A stretch of DNA of 64,000 nucleotides from Thermoanaerobaculia bacterium. GTDB lineage: Bacteria > Acidobacteriota > Thermoanaerobaculia > Multivoradales > Multivoraceae. Shown one piece after another: positions 11,703 through 23,406 of the stretch. Location: positions 768,001 to 832,000 of the forward strand of contig OY762911.1 in NCBI GenBank assembly GCA_963666565.1. The letters are read 5' to 3'. Each line of letters begins with the position of its first letter. Within the stretch, counting starts at the first letter, position 1. The translations under genes and the position numbers were made by a program. Below the pieces are notes generated by a model, which had not been told where the DNA came from, searched no databases, and worked only from the letters and a program-made list of their open reading frames with translations.

Positions 11703-12462
11703 CAAAAAGCCTCCTGGCTCTCTCAGTAATAGCTGCCTCGAATGCCTCACGCTCGCGGACGCGAAGAGCGCGCGCCCGATTCAGAGCTTCTTCCTGGCCA
11801 ACAGGATTCTGACTCTCCCAAGTGACGTCCAAATCAAGCATGAGACCTACTCTGCCCGGCCCTGCCTCTACGGAGCCCTGTACCAGTGCGATTCTCACGC
11901 CGTCGCCATGGAGATACTCAACGCGGCTGAACACTGACCTAACCGCTCCCGAAAGGCCCTCCACGACAGGTAAGGCAGTCTTCAGGTAATCGCTCATTTC
12001 TGACAGGTCGGGAACAACGATCTTGTTTATGTAGCGCACGCCGATCCGAGACACGCCGTTCGGCTGTGCTACCTCCCAGTACGCCGAAAGAGCGCGGTGA
12101 ATTCGAGGTTCAAATTCCCGCCAGCCACCTTCTTCCTCTTGAGACGGATCTTGATAAGGTCGAAGCATATGCACGCTGAGAACCTCCGGCCCCACCCCGA
12201 CTAACCTGTCTCCAACCTCCGTCAAGAACTGAACCTTGGCCAGGTGTTGGGAGAGATCCAGGTTGGGAGGCCGGTTGTCCCCACGGATTTCCAGGTTGGC
12301 TTCGACAACCCTCTGCTCCCGAGGTTTGCCGCAGTACTCGTCTCGGAGTTTCTCATGGAGTTTTCCGGGAAGTGTCAGATCCCACTCTTGGCTTGGTTCG
12401 AATCGGAACTCGCAGAGTGCTTCCTCAATGGGTGGATTTCTATAACGGCGGCGCTCTACCAT
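11692..12462 (-). CDS. TIGR04255 family protein
   Basis: YRNPPIEEALCEFRF N-terminus, RIGVRYIN, LDLD and FEAAIT motifs, recognised as typical of the family. Confidence 0.8.
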   Translation of the reverse strand: MVERRRYRNPPIEEALCEFRFEPSQEWDLTLPGKLHEKLRDEYCGKPREQRVVEANLEIRGDNRPPNLDLSQHLAKVQFLTEVGDRLVGVGPEVLSVHMLRPYQDPSQEEEGGWREFEPRIHRALSAYWEVAQPNGVSRIGVRYINKIVVPDLSEMSDYLKTALPVVEGLSGAVRSVFSRVEYLHGDGVRIALVQGSVEAGPGRVGLMLDLDVTWESQNPVGQEEALNRARALRVREREAFEAAITERARRLFDGG

Positions 12463-13099
12463 CGGCTCGTCCTGCTGCTAACCTCAGTGCCAAGGACCTG
12501 ACCATGTTCCAACGGCCAGCGCTCAATCGACCAAGGCGCCGCTACCTTGTCGTACCGGCGCCGAGCCGGCGTCATGGTCCCGTAGGCCCCTCGACGGCGA
12601 CAAGCTAGCGACGCGCGCTGCCAGGGACGCCAAAGCTGGTCCGCTTCGCCCATCGAGCCGAAAGGCGGAATCGCCGCAGGCACATGAACAGCCAAGAAAG
12701 TACAAAGTGCTTCTGCCGTCCCGTCGAGGTAGCCGCGCCGCGTAGGCTCGGCGCCAAAAGTGCCGGACGCCAACGTGGATCTACTGGGGGAGGCCGAGTA
12801 CATAGGCGCGAACGCAGGCTTGACAAGGAGCAACGCCACCACCTTGGTCCGCACTCCATGGTCAATCGCGCACGACGATCTCGAGCAACTCAACGCGGGT
12901 CCGACCTCACGTCGCGACCGAACAGAGACTCCCGAGTTGTCCAATGCTACTCCTCTCCACTCCGCGCGCCCAGTAATCTCGCCGGCCTCTAGCCTCGGCT
13001 GATGAGCCTTGGGCCGAATCAGGCGCACCGACCTTATAGCACGGCGGCTATCGCGCGCACTTGGCCCGCCGCACAGCCCGCAGCCGCTAGGATGTCTCG

Positions 13100-13858
13100 G
13101 TGAGCGAGGGACAGGCGGTACGAGACGTGCGTGCAAGGGTGCCTCAGCTCTCCGTCAACGTCGACCACGTCGCGACCCTGCGGCAGGCTCGACTTGCCGG
13201 CTATCCGAGCCCCCTGGCGGCCGCCCGGCTCGCCGAGGAAGCCGGCGCTTTCGGGATCACCGTGCATCTACGCCAGGACCGCCGCCACATTCAGGACCAG
13301 GACGTCGTCGGCCTCCGCGAGACGGTCAAGGGCCGTCTCAACCTAGAGATCGCGGCCGAGGAGTCGATGCTCCAGTTCGCGGAGCGGGTGCGACCCGACC
13401 AGGCGACGCTCGTGCCAGAGCGGCCGGACGAGGTAACGACGGAGGGCGGGCTCGATCTGGTCGGACGCGACGAGCAGATGCGCCGCGCCGCCAGCCGCCT
13501 GCGCGCCGCGGGCATCCGCGTCGCCGTCTTCGTCGATCCCGACCTGACGCAGCTAGCGGCTCTCGACGATCAGGACGATGTGAGCGGTTTCGAGTTGAAC
13601 ACCGACGCCTACACGCGCGCCTCGGGCGCCGACGCGGACGCCGAGTTCGCGAAGATCGAAGCGGCGGCCGAGCGTGGCCTCGCGACGGGCCGGGAGGCGT
13701 ACGCGGGACACGGTCTGACCGTCGCCAACGTCGGCCGGGTCGCGGCGGTCGCCGGAATCAGTGAGCTGAACATCGGCCACTCGATCGTGTCGCGGGCGGT
13801 GCTGGTCGGGATGCCGGCGGCGGTCGCGGAGATGTTGGAGGCGATGCGCGCGGGTTGA
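13100..13858 (+). CDS. pdxJ: Pyridoxine 5'-phosphate synthase
   Basis: VNVDHVATLRQAR, HLRQDRRHI, TTEGGLD, AGHGL and ELNIGHS; true start may be the GTG at 13139. Confidence 0.95.
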   Translation: MSEGQAVRDVRARVPQLSVNVDHVATLRQARLAGYPSPLAAARLAEEAGAFGITVHLRQDRRHIQDQDVVGLRETVKGRLNLEIAAEESMLQFAERVRPDQATLVPERPDEVTTEGGLDLVGRDEQMRRAASRLRAAGIRVAVFVDPDLTQLAALDDQDDVSGFELNTDAYTRASGADADAEFAKIEAAAERGLATGREAYAGHGLTVANVGRVAAVAGISELNIGHSIVSRAVLVGMPAAVAEMLEAMRAG

Positions 13859-13895
13859 GCGGCTCGGGCTCGCCGCTTCGCGGCGCCGCCCCAGA

Positions 13896-13935
13896 GCGGG
13901 TCGGAAGACCCGCGCACCCAGCGCACGCACCCAGC
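13896..13935. repeat. REP-like copy between convergent pdxJ and glmM
   Basis: GCGGGTCGGAAGACCCGCGCACCCAG. Confidence 0.85.
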
Positions 13936-13940
13936 AGCGG

Positions 13941-15482
13941 TCAGGCGCCGAGTTCGGCTTCGATGACGCGGGCGATGCGGCCGCAGAGTTCTTCGATCCG
14001 GTCCTGGTCCGGCCCCTCGATCATCACCCGGGCCAGCGCCTCCGTGCCGCTGTAGCGAAGCAGGACCCGCCCCGAGGTTCCGAGTTCCCGCTCTACCGAG
14101 GCGACGGCTTCGCTCAACCCGGGGACGCTCTCGAGCGGCTGCTTCTCGCGCACGCGGACGTTCCGCAGAGTCTGCGGGAAGCGGCGGAAGCCGGCAGCCA
14201 GAGCGTCGAGCGGGCGGCCGGCCGCGGCGACGATCCCGGCCACGACGGCCGCGGTGAGCAGGCCGTCGCCGGTCGTACCGAGGTCGAGATCGACCAGGTG
14301 GCCCGACTGCTCGCCGCCGAGGCGGATGCCTTCGCGCCGCATTGCCTCGACCACCTCGCGGTCGCCGACGCCGCAGCGGACCACGCCGACGCTCGCGGCC
14401 TCGAGCGCCTTCTCCAGGCCCATGTTCGACATCGTCGTGGCGACGATGCGGCGGCCCGGCAGTTCGCCGCGCGCCGCGAGGTGCGAGGCCCAGACGTAGA
14501 GCAGGACGTCGCCGTCGCAGACGCGCCCCTGGCGATCGCACAGCAACGCGCGGTCGGCGTCGCCGTCGAGGGCGACGCCCAGGTCGCTGCCGGTGGCGCG
14601 AGTGAAGGCGGCGATGCGCTCCGTGCAGGTCGAGCCGCAGTCGAGGTTGATGTTCCGGCCGTCCGGCCGGTCGCTGGTGACGCGGCACTCGGCGCCGAGG
14701 CCGGCGAACAGCCGCTCGGCGTACGGCGCGCCGGCGCCGTTCGCGGCGTCGACGGCGATCCGCAGGCCGGCCAGGGGGCGGTCTCCCGGAAGCGAGGCCG
14801 CCAGTTGTTCCAGGTAGCGATCGGCGAGTTCGGGCTCGTCGTGGAGGGCGTCGTCCGCGGGCCGATCGTGTTGGCGGTCGGCCTTCGGCCGGCGCATTCC
14901 GGCCGCCTTCGGCGGCAGCGGGTCAGAGGACCCGCGCACCCAGTCTTCGATCGCCCGCTCGACGGCGGGACCCACCTTGAAGCCGTCCGCTCCGATCAGC
15001 TTGACGCCGTTGTCGGTGTGCGGGTTGTGGCTGGCCGAGATGACGATGCCCCCGGCGGCGCCCAGCTCGGTGACCAGGAACGCCACCGCCGGCGTGGGCA
15101 CGACGCCGGCCGAGCGCACCTCGCAGCCGGCGGCGCGGATGGCGGCGGCGAGCCAGCCGGCGATTTCGGTGCGGCTGGCGCGGGTGTCGCCGCCGAGGAT
15201 GAGGAGTGGCGCCGGTCTTCGACCGGCGGTTCTGTTGGCCGCCTCCGCCGGCAGCGGGTCAGAATCCGGCACCCAATGCGGGTCGGAACCCGGCTGGCGC
15301 GCTCCCGCGCCAGCCGCGTCACAGTCCGAGCGCCCGTCATCGGGCGGTCGGATGTCAGACCCGCGCACCCAGCCACACAGGCGGGCGAAGCGGTAGCCGA
15401 CCGCCTGGACGGTCGCCCGGTCGAGCGGCGGCGTGCCGAAGACGGCGCGCATGCCGTCCGTGCCGAAGAGCCTGCCGGTCAA
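13941..15482 (-). CDS. glmM: Phosphoglucosamine mutase with two repeat-derived in-frame insertions
   Basis: FGTDG, ISASHNP, DGDADR, GGEQSGH and RYSGTE; 513 aa, longer than the usual ~445. Confidence 0.93.
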   Translation of the reverse strand: MTGRLFGTDGMRAVFGTPPLDRATVQAVGYRFARLCGWVRGSDIRPPDDGRSDCDAAGAGARQPGSDPHWVPDSDPLPAEAANRTAGRRPAPLLILGGDTRASRTEIAGWLAAAIRAAGCEVRSAGVVPTPAVAFLVTELGAAGGIVISASHNPHTDNGVKLIGADGFKVGPAVERAIEDWVRGSSDPLPPKAAGMRRPKADRQHDRPADDALHDEPELADRYLEQLAASLPGDRPLAGLRIAVDAANGAGAPYAERLFAGLGAECRVTSDRPDGRNINLDCGSTCTERIAAFTRATGSDLGVALDGDADRALLCDRQGRVCDGDVLLYVWASHLAARGELPGRRIVATTMSNMGLEKALEAASVGVVRCGVGDREVVEAMRREGIRLGGEQSGHLVDLDLGTTGDGLLTAAVVAGIVAAAGRPLDALAAGFRRFPQTLRNVRVREKQPLESVPGLSEAVASVERELGTSGRVLLRYSGTEALARVMIEGPDQDRIEELCGRIARVIEAELGA

Positions 15483-16417
15483 CGGCCGCTGCCGGGAGAA
15501 GCGCGGTCTTCCGCGTCGCCGTCCACGCGGACGGGGGGCAGCCGCGGCGCACCCGTCTGGGGCTGCCGGGAAACCATCGGCACGAACACGTCGACGATGG
15601 TGGGGGACTCCACCCGGACGTGCTCGCTGGCGAAGCGCACCCGCACCTGCCTGTCCGTGAAGTCGAGCCCGCGGCCGGTGAGGTCGATGGGCCCGGCCAG
15701 CGCGACCCCCAGCTTGTTGATCTCGGAGCGCGCCCCCTGCACGGTGACCATCGGCGGCTCGATCCGCACGTTCTCGTCGTCGACGCTGATGCCGCCGATC
15801 GGCTCGCCGATCCAGGCGACCTGCACCGGCACCGCCACGGAGATCTCCTCGTCGACGCTCAGCACGAGGCGGTCCGGCGTGACGGACACGACCTCGACCT
15901 CCTCGGCGGGCAGCACGACGTCCTCGGCGGCGAGCACGACCTCGACCTCGCGGGGACCGCTGTAGGGACCGCCGGCCAGCGCGTCCTCGGGCACCGGAAC
16001 CTGGACCCGGACCTGATCGAGGTCCAGCGAGGCGATCAGCTCGTCGGCGCCGCGAATGCGGACCTGAACCCCCTCGGGCTCGAAGCTCAGCACCGTCAGG
16101 CGCTCGTGGTCGGGGACCGTCAGCCGCGCCACCACGTTCGTCTCGCTCGGCGGCGTCGTCATCTCGCGCAGCCGCGGACAGAACGACGCCGGCAGCCAGA
16201 TGCCCACCGCAATCACGACCGCGAGGGCCCGGAACATCCAGCGCCCGCCGCTCTCGCTCACGCCGCGCGGCCCCGGCGCCCGCTGGGTGCGCGGGTCTTC
16301 CGACCCGCCTCCGGACCGCGCCGCGACACCCGCCCGCTGGGTGCGCGGGTCTTCCGACCCGCTTCCGGACCGCGCCGCGGCTCGACGCGTCTCCGTGCGA
16401 CCGCCGCTCTCGCTCAT
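15479..16417 (-). CDS. cdaR: YbbR/CdaR-like protein
   Basis: Single transmembrane segment followed by beta-rich YbbR-like repeats (P..V.V.I.G); lies between cdaA and glmM; ATGA overlap with the cdaA stop. Confidence 0.75.
   Translation of the reverse strand: MSESGGRTETRRAAARSGSGSEDPRTQRAGVAARSGGGSEDPRTQRAPGPRGVSESGGRWMFRALAVVIAVGIWLPASFCPRLREMTTPPSETNVVARLTVPDHERLTVLSFEPEGVQVRIRGADELIASLDLDQVRVQVPVPEDALAGGPYSGPREVEVVLAAEDVVLPAEEVEVVSVTPDRLVLSVDEEISVAVPVQVAWIGEPIGGISVDDENVRIEPPMVTVQGARSEINKLGVALAGPIDLTGRGLDFTDRQVRVRFASEHVRVESPTIVDVFVPMVSRQPQTGAPRLPPVRVDGDAEDRASPGSGR
16283..16378. repeat. Two tandem REP-like units in the cdaR 5' region
   Basis: CTGGGTGCGCGGGTCTTCCGACCCGC at 16283 and 16337. 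Confidence 0.88.
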
Positions 16418-17190
16418 GCCGGCGCCCTCCCCGTCCCCGGCGCCAGCAGCAGTTCGAAGAGCTGGTTCCGCAGCTCGCGCAGCGTCAAGTCGCCGGTCAG
16501 GCGGCCTTCGTGGGCGATGGAGATCCTGCCGGTCTCCTCGGAGACGACGACGACGACCGCGTCCGTCTCCTCCGTCATGCCGATCGCCGCGCGGTGCCGC
16601 GTGCCGTGCTCGATCGAGACGCCGGCGCTGGTCGTCAGCGGCAGGAAGCAGGCGGCGGCGGCGATCCGGTCCTTCTGGACGATCACGGCCCCGTCGTGGA
16701 GCGGGGTGTCGCGGGCGAAGAGCGTCAGCAGCAGGTCGTAGGAGATCTCCGCGTCGAGCGCGATGCCGTTCGCCGCGTAGTCGCGCAGGCCGTCGACCCG
16801 CTCGATGACGATCAGCGCGCCCAGCCGCCGGAGGCACAGGGCCTGGGCCGCGATGACGATCTCGTGGATCCCGGACTCGCCGGTCTGGTCGGTGGTCAGG
16901 CGCAGCAGGGGGTTGCGCCCCACGCGGGCGAGCGCCCGCCGGATCTGGTTCTGGAACAGGACGACGATGACGACCGGCAGCGCCGGCAACAGGTAGTTCA
17001 GCGAGGCCTGCAGGGTGTCGAGGCGCAGCAGAGCCGCGATCCACGCCGCCCCGGCCAATACGAGGATGCCGACCAGGATGCGGACGCCGCCGGTGCCGCG
17101 GATCAGCAGCAGGACGTTGTAGACGACCAGCCCGACCACCAGGAGGTCGACGACATCCCTCCATCCCAGGAGCCCGAGCGGCTGGGCCAG
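16414..17190 (-). CDS. cdaA: Diadenylate cyclase CdaA (DacA)
   Basis: Three transmembrane helices; LFQ..IRRAL; PLHDGAVI; GTRHRAAIG; VVVSEETG; start codon uncertain. Confidence 0.92.
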   Translation of the reverse strand: MAQPLGLLGWRDVVDLLVVGLVVYNVLLLIRGTGGVRILVGILVLAGAAWIAALLRLDTLQASLNYLLPALPVVIVVLFQNQIRRALARVGRNPLLRLTTDQTGESGIHEIVIAAQALCLRRLGALIVIERVDGLRDYAANGIALDAEISYDLLLTLFARDTPLHDGAVIVQKDRIAAAACFLPLTTSAGVSIEHGTRHRAAIGMTEETDAVVVVVSEETGRISIAHEGRLTGDLTLRELRNQLFELLLAPGTGRAPA

Positions 17191-17201
17191 GTCCGGCGTC
17201 G

Positions 17202-19205
<2,004 letters not shown>

Positions 19206-19314
19206 CGTTCGGTGCGGGGCGCCGTGGGCGGGGGACGACGAATCCGCGAGGGACAACGACCCGCGGACCCGCACGATTCCGTACCCGTTGTACGAGCGGG
19301 TTCCCGGAAGGTTG

Positions 19315-20421
19315 TCACTCCAGGCCCCGCACTTCAAGGGATCCAATCGCTTGATTCTCGCGGGAGGCCCGGATTGCGTCGCCAACGGGAGGCGAAACGG
19401 GGGCCGCGCGCCGGGCCCGCCGCAACACCCGAAGCCGCCCTCCGCGCTGTTCCCAGCGCCAGCCGCCGCCGCAGTCGCAGCCGACGGACCGCCCGTTCAG
19501 GCGGCGCCGCTCGAGCTGCCGCGCCAGCTCGCGCCGGGCGTTCCGGGTGGGCGGGTAGGCGGCGCCGGCCAGCCGGTGCAGGCGGGCGAGCGCCGCCGGC
19601 CACAGCGGCCGCGGCAGGCGGGCGAGCGCCTCGATCTCGACATCGCAGGACTCTTCGCCCGTACGCGGCGCCAGGACCGCGTCGACCAGCCGGCGCACGG
19701 CGGGCTCGGCGCCCCGGGCCGCACGGGCCAGGCGGACGAGCCGTTCGACGACGTCGGGCGCCTCGGCCGCGAGGACCGGCAGCAGACGGCGGCGGACGAT
19801 GTTGCGGCGCGGGCCGGGGGCGCGGTTCGTCGGATCGTCGATGGGTTCGATGCCCGCCCCGGCGGCGTGGCGCCGCAGGACGCCGGGGTCGAGCTCCAGC
19901 AGCGGCCGGAGCAGCGGCAGTCCGAGCCGGTGCGAGACGGACCGCATCGCGCCGAGGCCGGCGGCGCCGCTGCCGAAGAGGATGCGAAGCAGGACGGTCT
20001 CGGCCTGGTCGAGCCGGTGGTGGGCGGCCAGGATCGCCGCCGCGCCGGTCGACCGGGCGACCGCGGCGAGCAGGCGGTAGCGCTCGGCGCGGGCCCATTC
20101 CTCCAGGCTCCGGCCCGGCGGCAGGGGCCGGGCGGCGCGGACCTCGAAGGGAACGCCGGCGCGGGCCGCGATCCGGGCCGCCCCGCGGGCGCGCCGGGCC
20201 GAGCCGCCGTCCAGCCGGTGGTCGACGTGGACGGCCACGGGTCTCCAGCCGAACCGGGACGCGCCGGCGCGGAGGGCGAGCAGCAGCGCCGTCGAGTCCG
20301 GGCCGCCCGAGAAGGCGACGGCGAGCGGAGCGCCGCGGGCCGCGCGGGCGAGTTCCGGGCGACGGCGGAAGAAGGCGGCGACCGCGGTGTCGACGGCTGC
20401 GCCTGCCGGCGGCGCGCTCAC
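19315..20421 (-). CDS. tilS: tRNA(Ile)-lysidine synthase
   Basis: SGGPDS PP-loop, [20 protein letters not shown] and DPTN; upstream of ftsH. Confidence 0.9.
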   Translation of the reverse strand: MSAPPAGAAVDTAVAAFFRRRPELARAARGAPLAVAFSGGPDSTALLLALRAGASRFGWRPVAVHVDHRLDGGSARRARGAARIAARAGVPFEVRAARPLPPGRSLEEWARAERYRLLAAVARSTGAAAILAAHHRLDQAETVLLRILFGSGAAGLGAMRSVSHRLGLPLLRPLLELDPGVLRRHAAGAGIEPIDDPTNRAPGPRRNIVRRRLLPVLAAEAPDVVERLVRLARAARGAEPAVRRLVDAVLAPRTGEESCDVEIEALARLPRPLWPAALARLHRLAGAAYPPTRNARRELARQLERRRLNGRSVGCDCGGGWRWEQRGGRLRVLRRARRAAPVSPPVGDAIRASRENQAIGSLEVRGLE

Positions 20422-20610
20422 GGTTGCGCCTCGTGGATCGGACAGACTGGCGAACCCGGATGCGGGTCGGCCACCCGGGTGGCGCATCCCGCGCCACCCG
20501 TGAACCTGTCCGTGCGCCCGTCTTCGGGCGCGCGGATGGCAGACCCGCGCACCCAGGACCGATTCGAGCCGACGGTCGAGAGGCGAGGCGCCGGGCGGCG
20601 GGAAGTCGGA

Positions 20611-20687
20611 TGGTGGCGGTGGAGGGACTCGAACCCCCGACACAGCGGATATGAGCCGCTTGCTCTAACCGGCTGAGCTACACCGCC
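20611..20687 (-). tRNA. tRNA with CAT anticodon (most likely elongator Met)
   Basis: GGCGGTGTAGCTCAG...GCGG-CTCATAT-CCGC...GGTTCGAGTCC...CCA cloverleaf. Confidence 0.93.
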
Positions 20688-20791
20688 AGACGAACGCGGA
20701 ATCGTACCGGAACGAGGCGCCGGCCGAACCGGGTGCGCGTCTTCCGGCCGCCTTCGGCGGCGGCGGGTCAGAGGACCCGCGCACCGACCGT

Positions 20792-21079
20792 TCAGGGGCC
20801 GGGCTTGCGCAGCGAGTCCTGGCAGCTTCGGAACTGCCCGAAGAAGCTGCGCATCGACTCGGAGAGCGCCGCGTCGTTCAGACGGTAGATCACATTCTGG
20901 CCTCGCCGCTGGTCGATCACGAGATCGGCCTCCTTCAGCACGGACAGGTGCCGCGAGATGGTCGGCTGGGAGAGATCGAACTCGCCCACGATGTCGCCGA
21001 CGCAACGCTGCTCGTCTTCCAGCAGGCGGAGTATGTTCTGCCGGGTCGAGTCGGACAGCGCCTTGAAGACCTTCGTCAT
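20792..21079 (-). CDS. ArsR/SmtB family transcriptional regulator
   Basis: FKALSDSTRQNILRLL, LSQPTISRHLSVLKEADLV and RRGQNVIYRL. Confidence 0.92.
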   Translation of the reverse strand: MTKVFKALSDSTRQNILRLLEDEQRCVGDIVGEFDLSQPTISRHLSVLKEADLVIDQRRGQNVIYRLNDAALSESMRSFFGQFRSCQDSLRKPGP

Positions 21080-21300
21080 CTGACGGGAGCGCCGGTCGCG
21101 GGGCTCCAGCCCGCTCAGCGAGCCGCCCAAGCGTACAGGTCGATGTTCTGTCTTCTGATCCACGATTCTGGTTCTCCGGGGAATGAAGAGAGTTGGCCAT
21201 TATGCCATAACCCGGACCATCTGTGGGACTTCGATCGCTCCATGCGCGGATCGTCGCTGGGTGCGCGGGCCTGACCCGCCTTTCGCCGCCAACCGCCGCA

Positions 21301-22002
21301 TCAGACCCGAGAGTTGAGGCGAGCCGGCATCATCAGGCCCCGGCGGCGGAGCGCCCGGCGCATGCGGCCGACCACCGTCGCCACCGTCGCCGGCGCCAGT
21401 TGGACCGCGTTCGCCGCCTCGCGGGAGTTCCAGCCGTCGACCACCATGCGCTCCGTCATCCAGGTGTCCCGGAGCGCCGTCCCGCCCGGCCTGGCGACGC
21501 CGCGGCACTCGCTCCGGAAGCGGCTTCGGAGCTCCCGCGCGTAGATGGCGTCGATCGGGCTGTAGGCCCGGCTCGGGAGTTCGACGAGCTCCGTGTCCTC
21601 GGCCAGTCCGGCCTCCACGCCGACGTGAAGTTCCACGACGGCGCCGCGCTTCAGCGCCGAGCGGGCGCGCAGCCAGTCGACCAGCGTGCTCCGGGCGACC
21701 CGGCGCAGGTAGGACCGGATGGTCGTTTCGGACTTCGCGCGGCATCCGCGCAGGCCCCGGCGGTCTTTCTGGAGGAGCCGCAGGTAGGTCTCCTGGATCA
21801 ACTCGTCGAGGAGGTCGCTGGTCAGGTACGTGCCGTAACTTCGCGCCAGCGCGGTGAGGGTGCTGCGCAACAACGGGTCGACGCGCCGGACCAGGGATGC
21901 CCAGTCCGCGTCGGCGGCGACGCACTCGCGCCAGAGGTCGGGGAAGTCGTGTGGCTGCTCGGTCTGCTGGTGACAGGTCTGTGGGTTCATCGTCCGCTCC
22001 AT
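21301..22002 (-). CDS. ECF-type sigma-70 family factor (divergent)
   Basis: Region 2-like DELIQETYLRLL...YLRRVARSTLVDWLR and region 4-like EAANAVQLAPATVATVVGRMRRAL. Confidence 0.7.
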   Translation of the reverse strand: MERTMNPQTCHQQTEQPHDFPDLWRECVAADADWASLVRRVDPLLRSTLTALARSYGTYLTSDLLDELIQETYLRLLQKDRRGLRGCRAKSETTIRSYLRRVARSTLVDWLRARSALKRGAVVELHVGVEAGLAEDTELVELPSRAYSPIDAIYARELRSRFRSECRGVARPGGTALRDTWMTERMVVDGWNSREAANAVQLAPATVATVVGRMRRALRRRGLMMPARLNSRV

Positions 22003-22132
22003 GCAAGTGGAGCGGAGGCGCCCAGCGGGACACGCCGGCAGGCTTTGGGCTCAGGGCGACGGCGCCCGGCCCGGCCAACTCAGAGTCGGCAAGGGCGGGA
22101 GAGCGTAGCAGGCCAGCAGGGCGATTTGGAGG

Positions 22133-22288
22133 TTAGCGGAGCTTCTCTTCGACGAACTCGACGTGACGCCGGATCTTCGGGTCGTACTTCTTGAGCCTCA
22201 GCTTCTCCTGGCCGAGCTTCTTGTTCTTCGTCGTCGTGTAGAAGTACCCGGTTCCGGCACTCGATACGAGCTTGATCTTGTCTCTCAC
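22133..22288 (-). CDS. rpmG: 50S ribosomal protein L33 (Cys-less type)
   Basis: My translation: [51 protein letters not shown]; GGAGGTG RBS; too short for the ORF track. Confidence 0.96.
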   Translation of the reverse strand: MRDKIKLVSSAGTGYFYTTTKNKKLGQEKLRLKKYDPKIRRHVEFVEEKLR

Positions 22289-22338
22289 GTCGTCACCTCC
22301 GATGCGGCCCGGCGGCTCGCGGGGACTGGGGAGCGGAA

Positions 22339-22415
22339 TGGCGGGGCCGACGGGACTCGAACCCGCGACCTCCGGCGTGACAGGCCGGCATTCTAACCAG
22401 CTGAACTACGACCCC
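22339..22415 (-). tRNA. tRNA-Asp(GTC)
   Basis: GGGGTCGTAGTTCAG...CCGGC-CTGTCAC-GCCGG...GGTTCGAGTCC...CCA. Confidence 0.96.
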
Positions 22416-22528
22416 GTGGGTCCGTCTCCTCGCTTTGTCCCTCGCTTGCTTCGTCCTGTTCCCGCCGCCGTTGCGGCGTCTTCTTCGGTTCCTCGGGTTT
22501 CCTGGTCGCGCGTACTCCGGAACCTCCG

Positions 22529-22603
22529 TGGTGGGAGGTGGGGGATTCGAACCCGCGACCCCCTGCGTGTAAAGCAGGTGCTCTACCCCTGAGCTAACCT
22601 CCC
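22529..22603 (-). tRNA. tRNA-Val(TAC)
   Basis: GGGAGGTTAGCTCAG...CCTGC-TTTACAC-GCAGG...TTCGAAT...CCA; one C-C mismatch in the T stem. Confidence 0.93.
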
Positions 22604-22762
22604 CGGCGCCGACCGATCGGCCGCCCGGCGGACATCGCAGGCCGCGGAATCTTAGGGCAGGCGGGGAGCATCGTCAATGAAGAACCCGGCGGTCCCCCGA
22701 GGCGGCCCGGTCCGTGGCACAATCGCGGCGCAGAACCAACCTTCCCCGAGGAGCACTCACTC

Positions 22763-23362
22763 ATGCACGAAGTTCCCGATCTGGCCTACCCGTTCGACGC
22801 CCTCGAGCCGCACATCGACGCGCGCACGATGGAGATACACCACGACAAGCACCACGCGGCCTACGTCGCCAACCTGAACGCGGCGCTCGAGGGCCGCGAC
22901 GACCTGGCCGCGCGGAGCGTCGAGAACCTGCTCCGCAACTTCGACGAGGTGCCGGACTCCATCAAGGGCGCCGTGCGCAACCACGGGGGCGGCCACGCCA
23001 ACCACTCGCTGTTCTGGTCGGTCATGAGCCCGAACGGCGGCGGCGCGCCGAGCGGCGACCTGGCCACGGCCATCGACATCCGCTTCGGCAGCTTCGACCA
23101 GTTGAAGGAGCGCTTCGTCAGCGCCGCCATGGGCCAGTTCGGCAGCGGCTGGGGCTGGCTGGTCAGCGGCGACGACGGCCTGGCCGTCATCGCGCGGCCG
23201 AACCAGGACTCGCCGCTGATGGAGGGCCTGACGCCCCTGCTCGGTGTCGACGTGTGGGAGCACGCCTACTACCTGAACTACCAGAACCGGCGCCTGGACT
23301 ACCTCAACGCCTTCTGGAACGTGGTCGACTGGGACGCCGTGGCGGCGCGGTTCAGAGGGTAG
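22763..23362 (+). CDS. sodA: Mn/Fe superoxide dismutase (Mn-type signature)
   Basis: [27 protein letters not shown] and DVWEHAYY. Confidence 0.95.
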   Translation: MHEVPDLAYPFDALEPHIDARTMEIHHDKHHAAYVANLNAALEGRDDLAARSVENLLRNFDEVPDSIKGAVRNHGGGHANHSLFWSVMSPNGGGAPSGDLATAIDIRFGSFDQLKERFVSAAMGQFGSGWGWLVSGDDGLAVIARPNQDSPLMEGLTPLLGVDVWEHAYYLNYQNRRLDYLNAFWNVVDWDAVAARFRG

Positions 23363-23406
23363 CTTCGCCGCAGTGCACCCACTGGGTGCGCCCGCTGGGT
23401 GCGCGG

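Noticed and set aside
22529-22603. tRNA-Val as a pseudogene because of the T-stem C-C mismatch
   Set aside because: It is a single mismatch; the other arms and CCA are intact; a variant or sequencing error is possible
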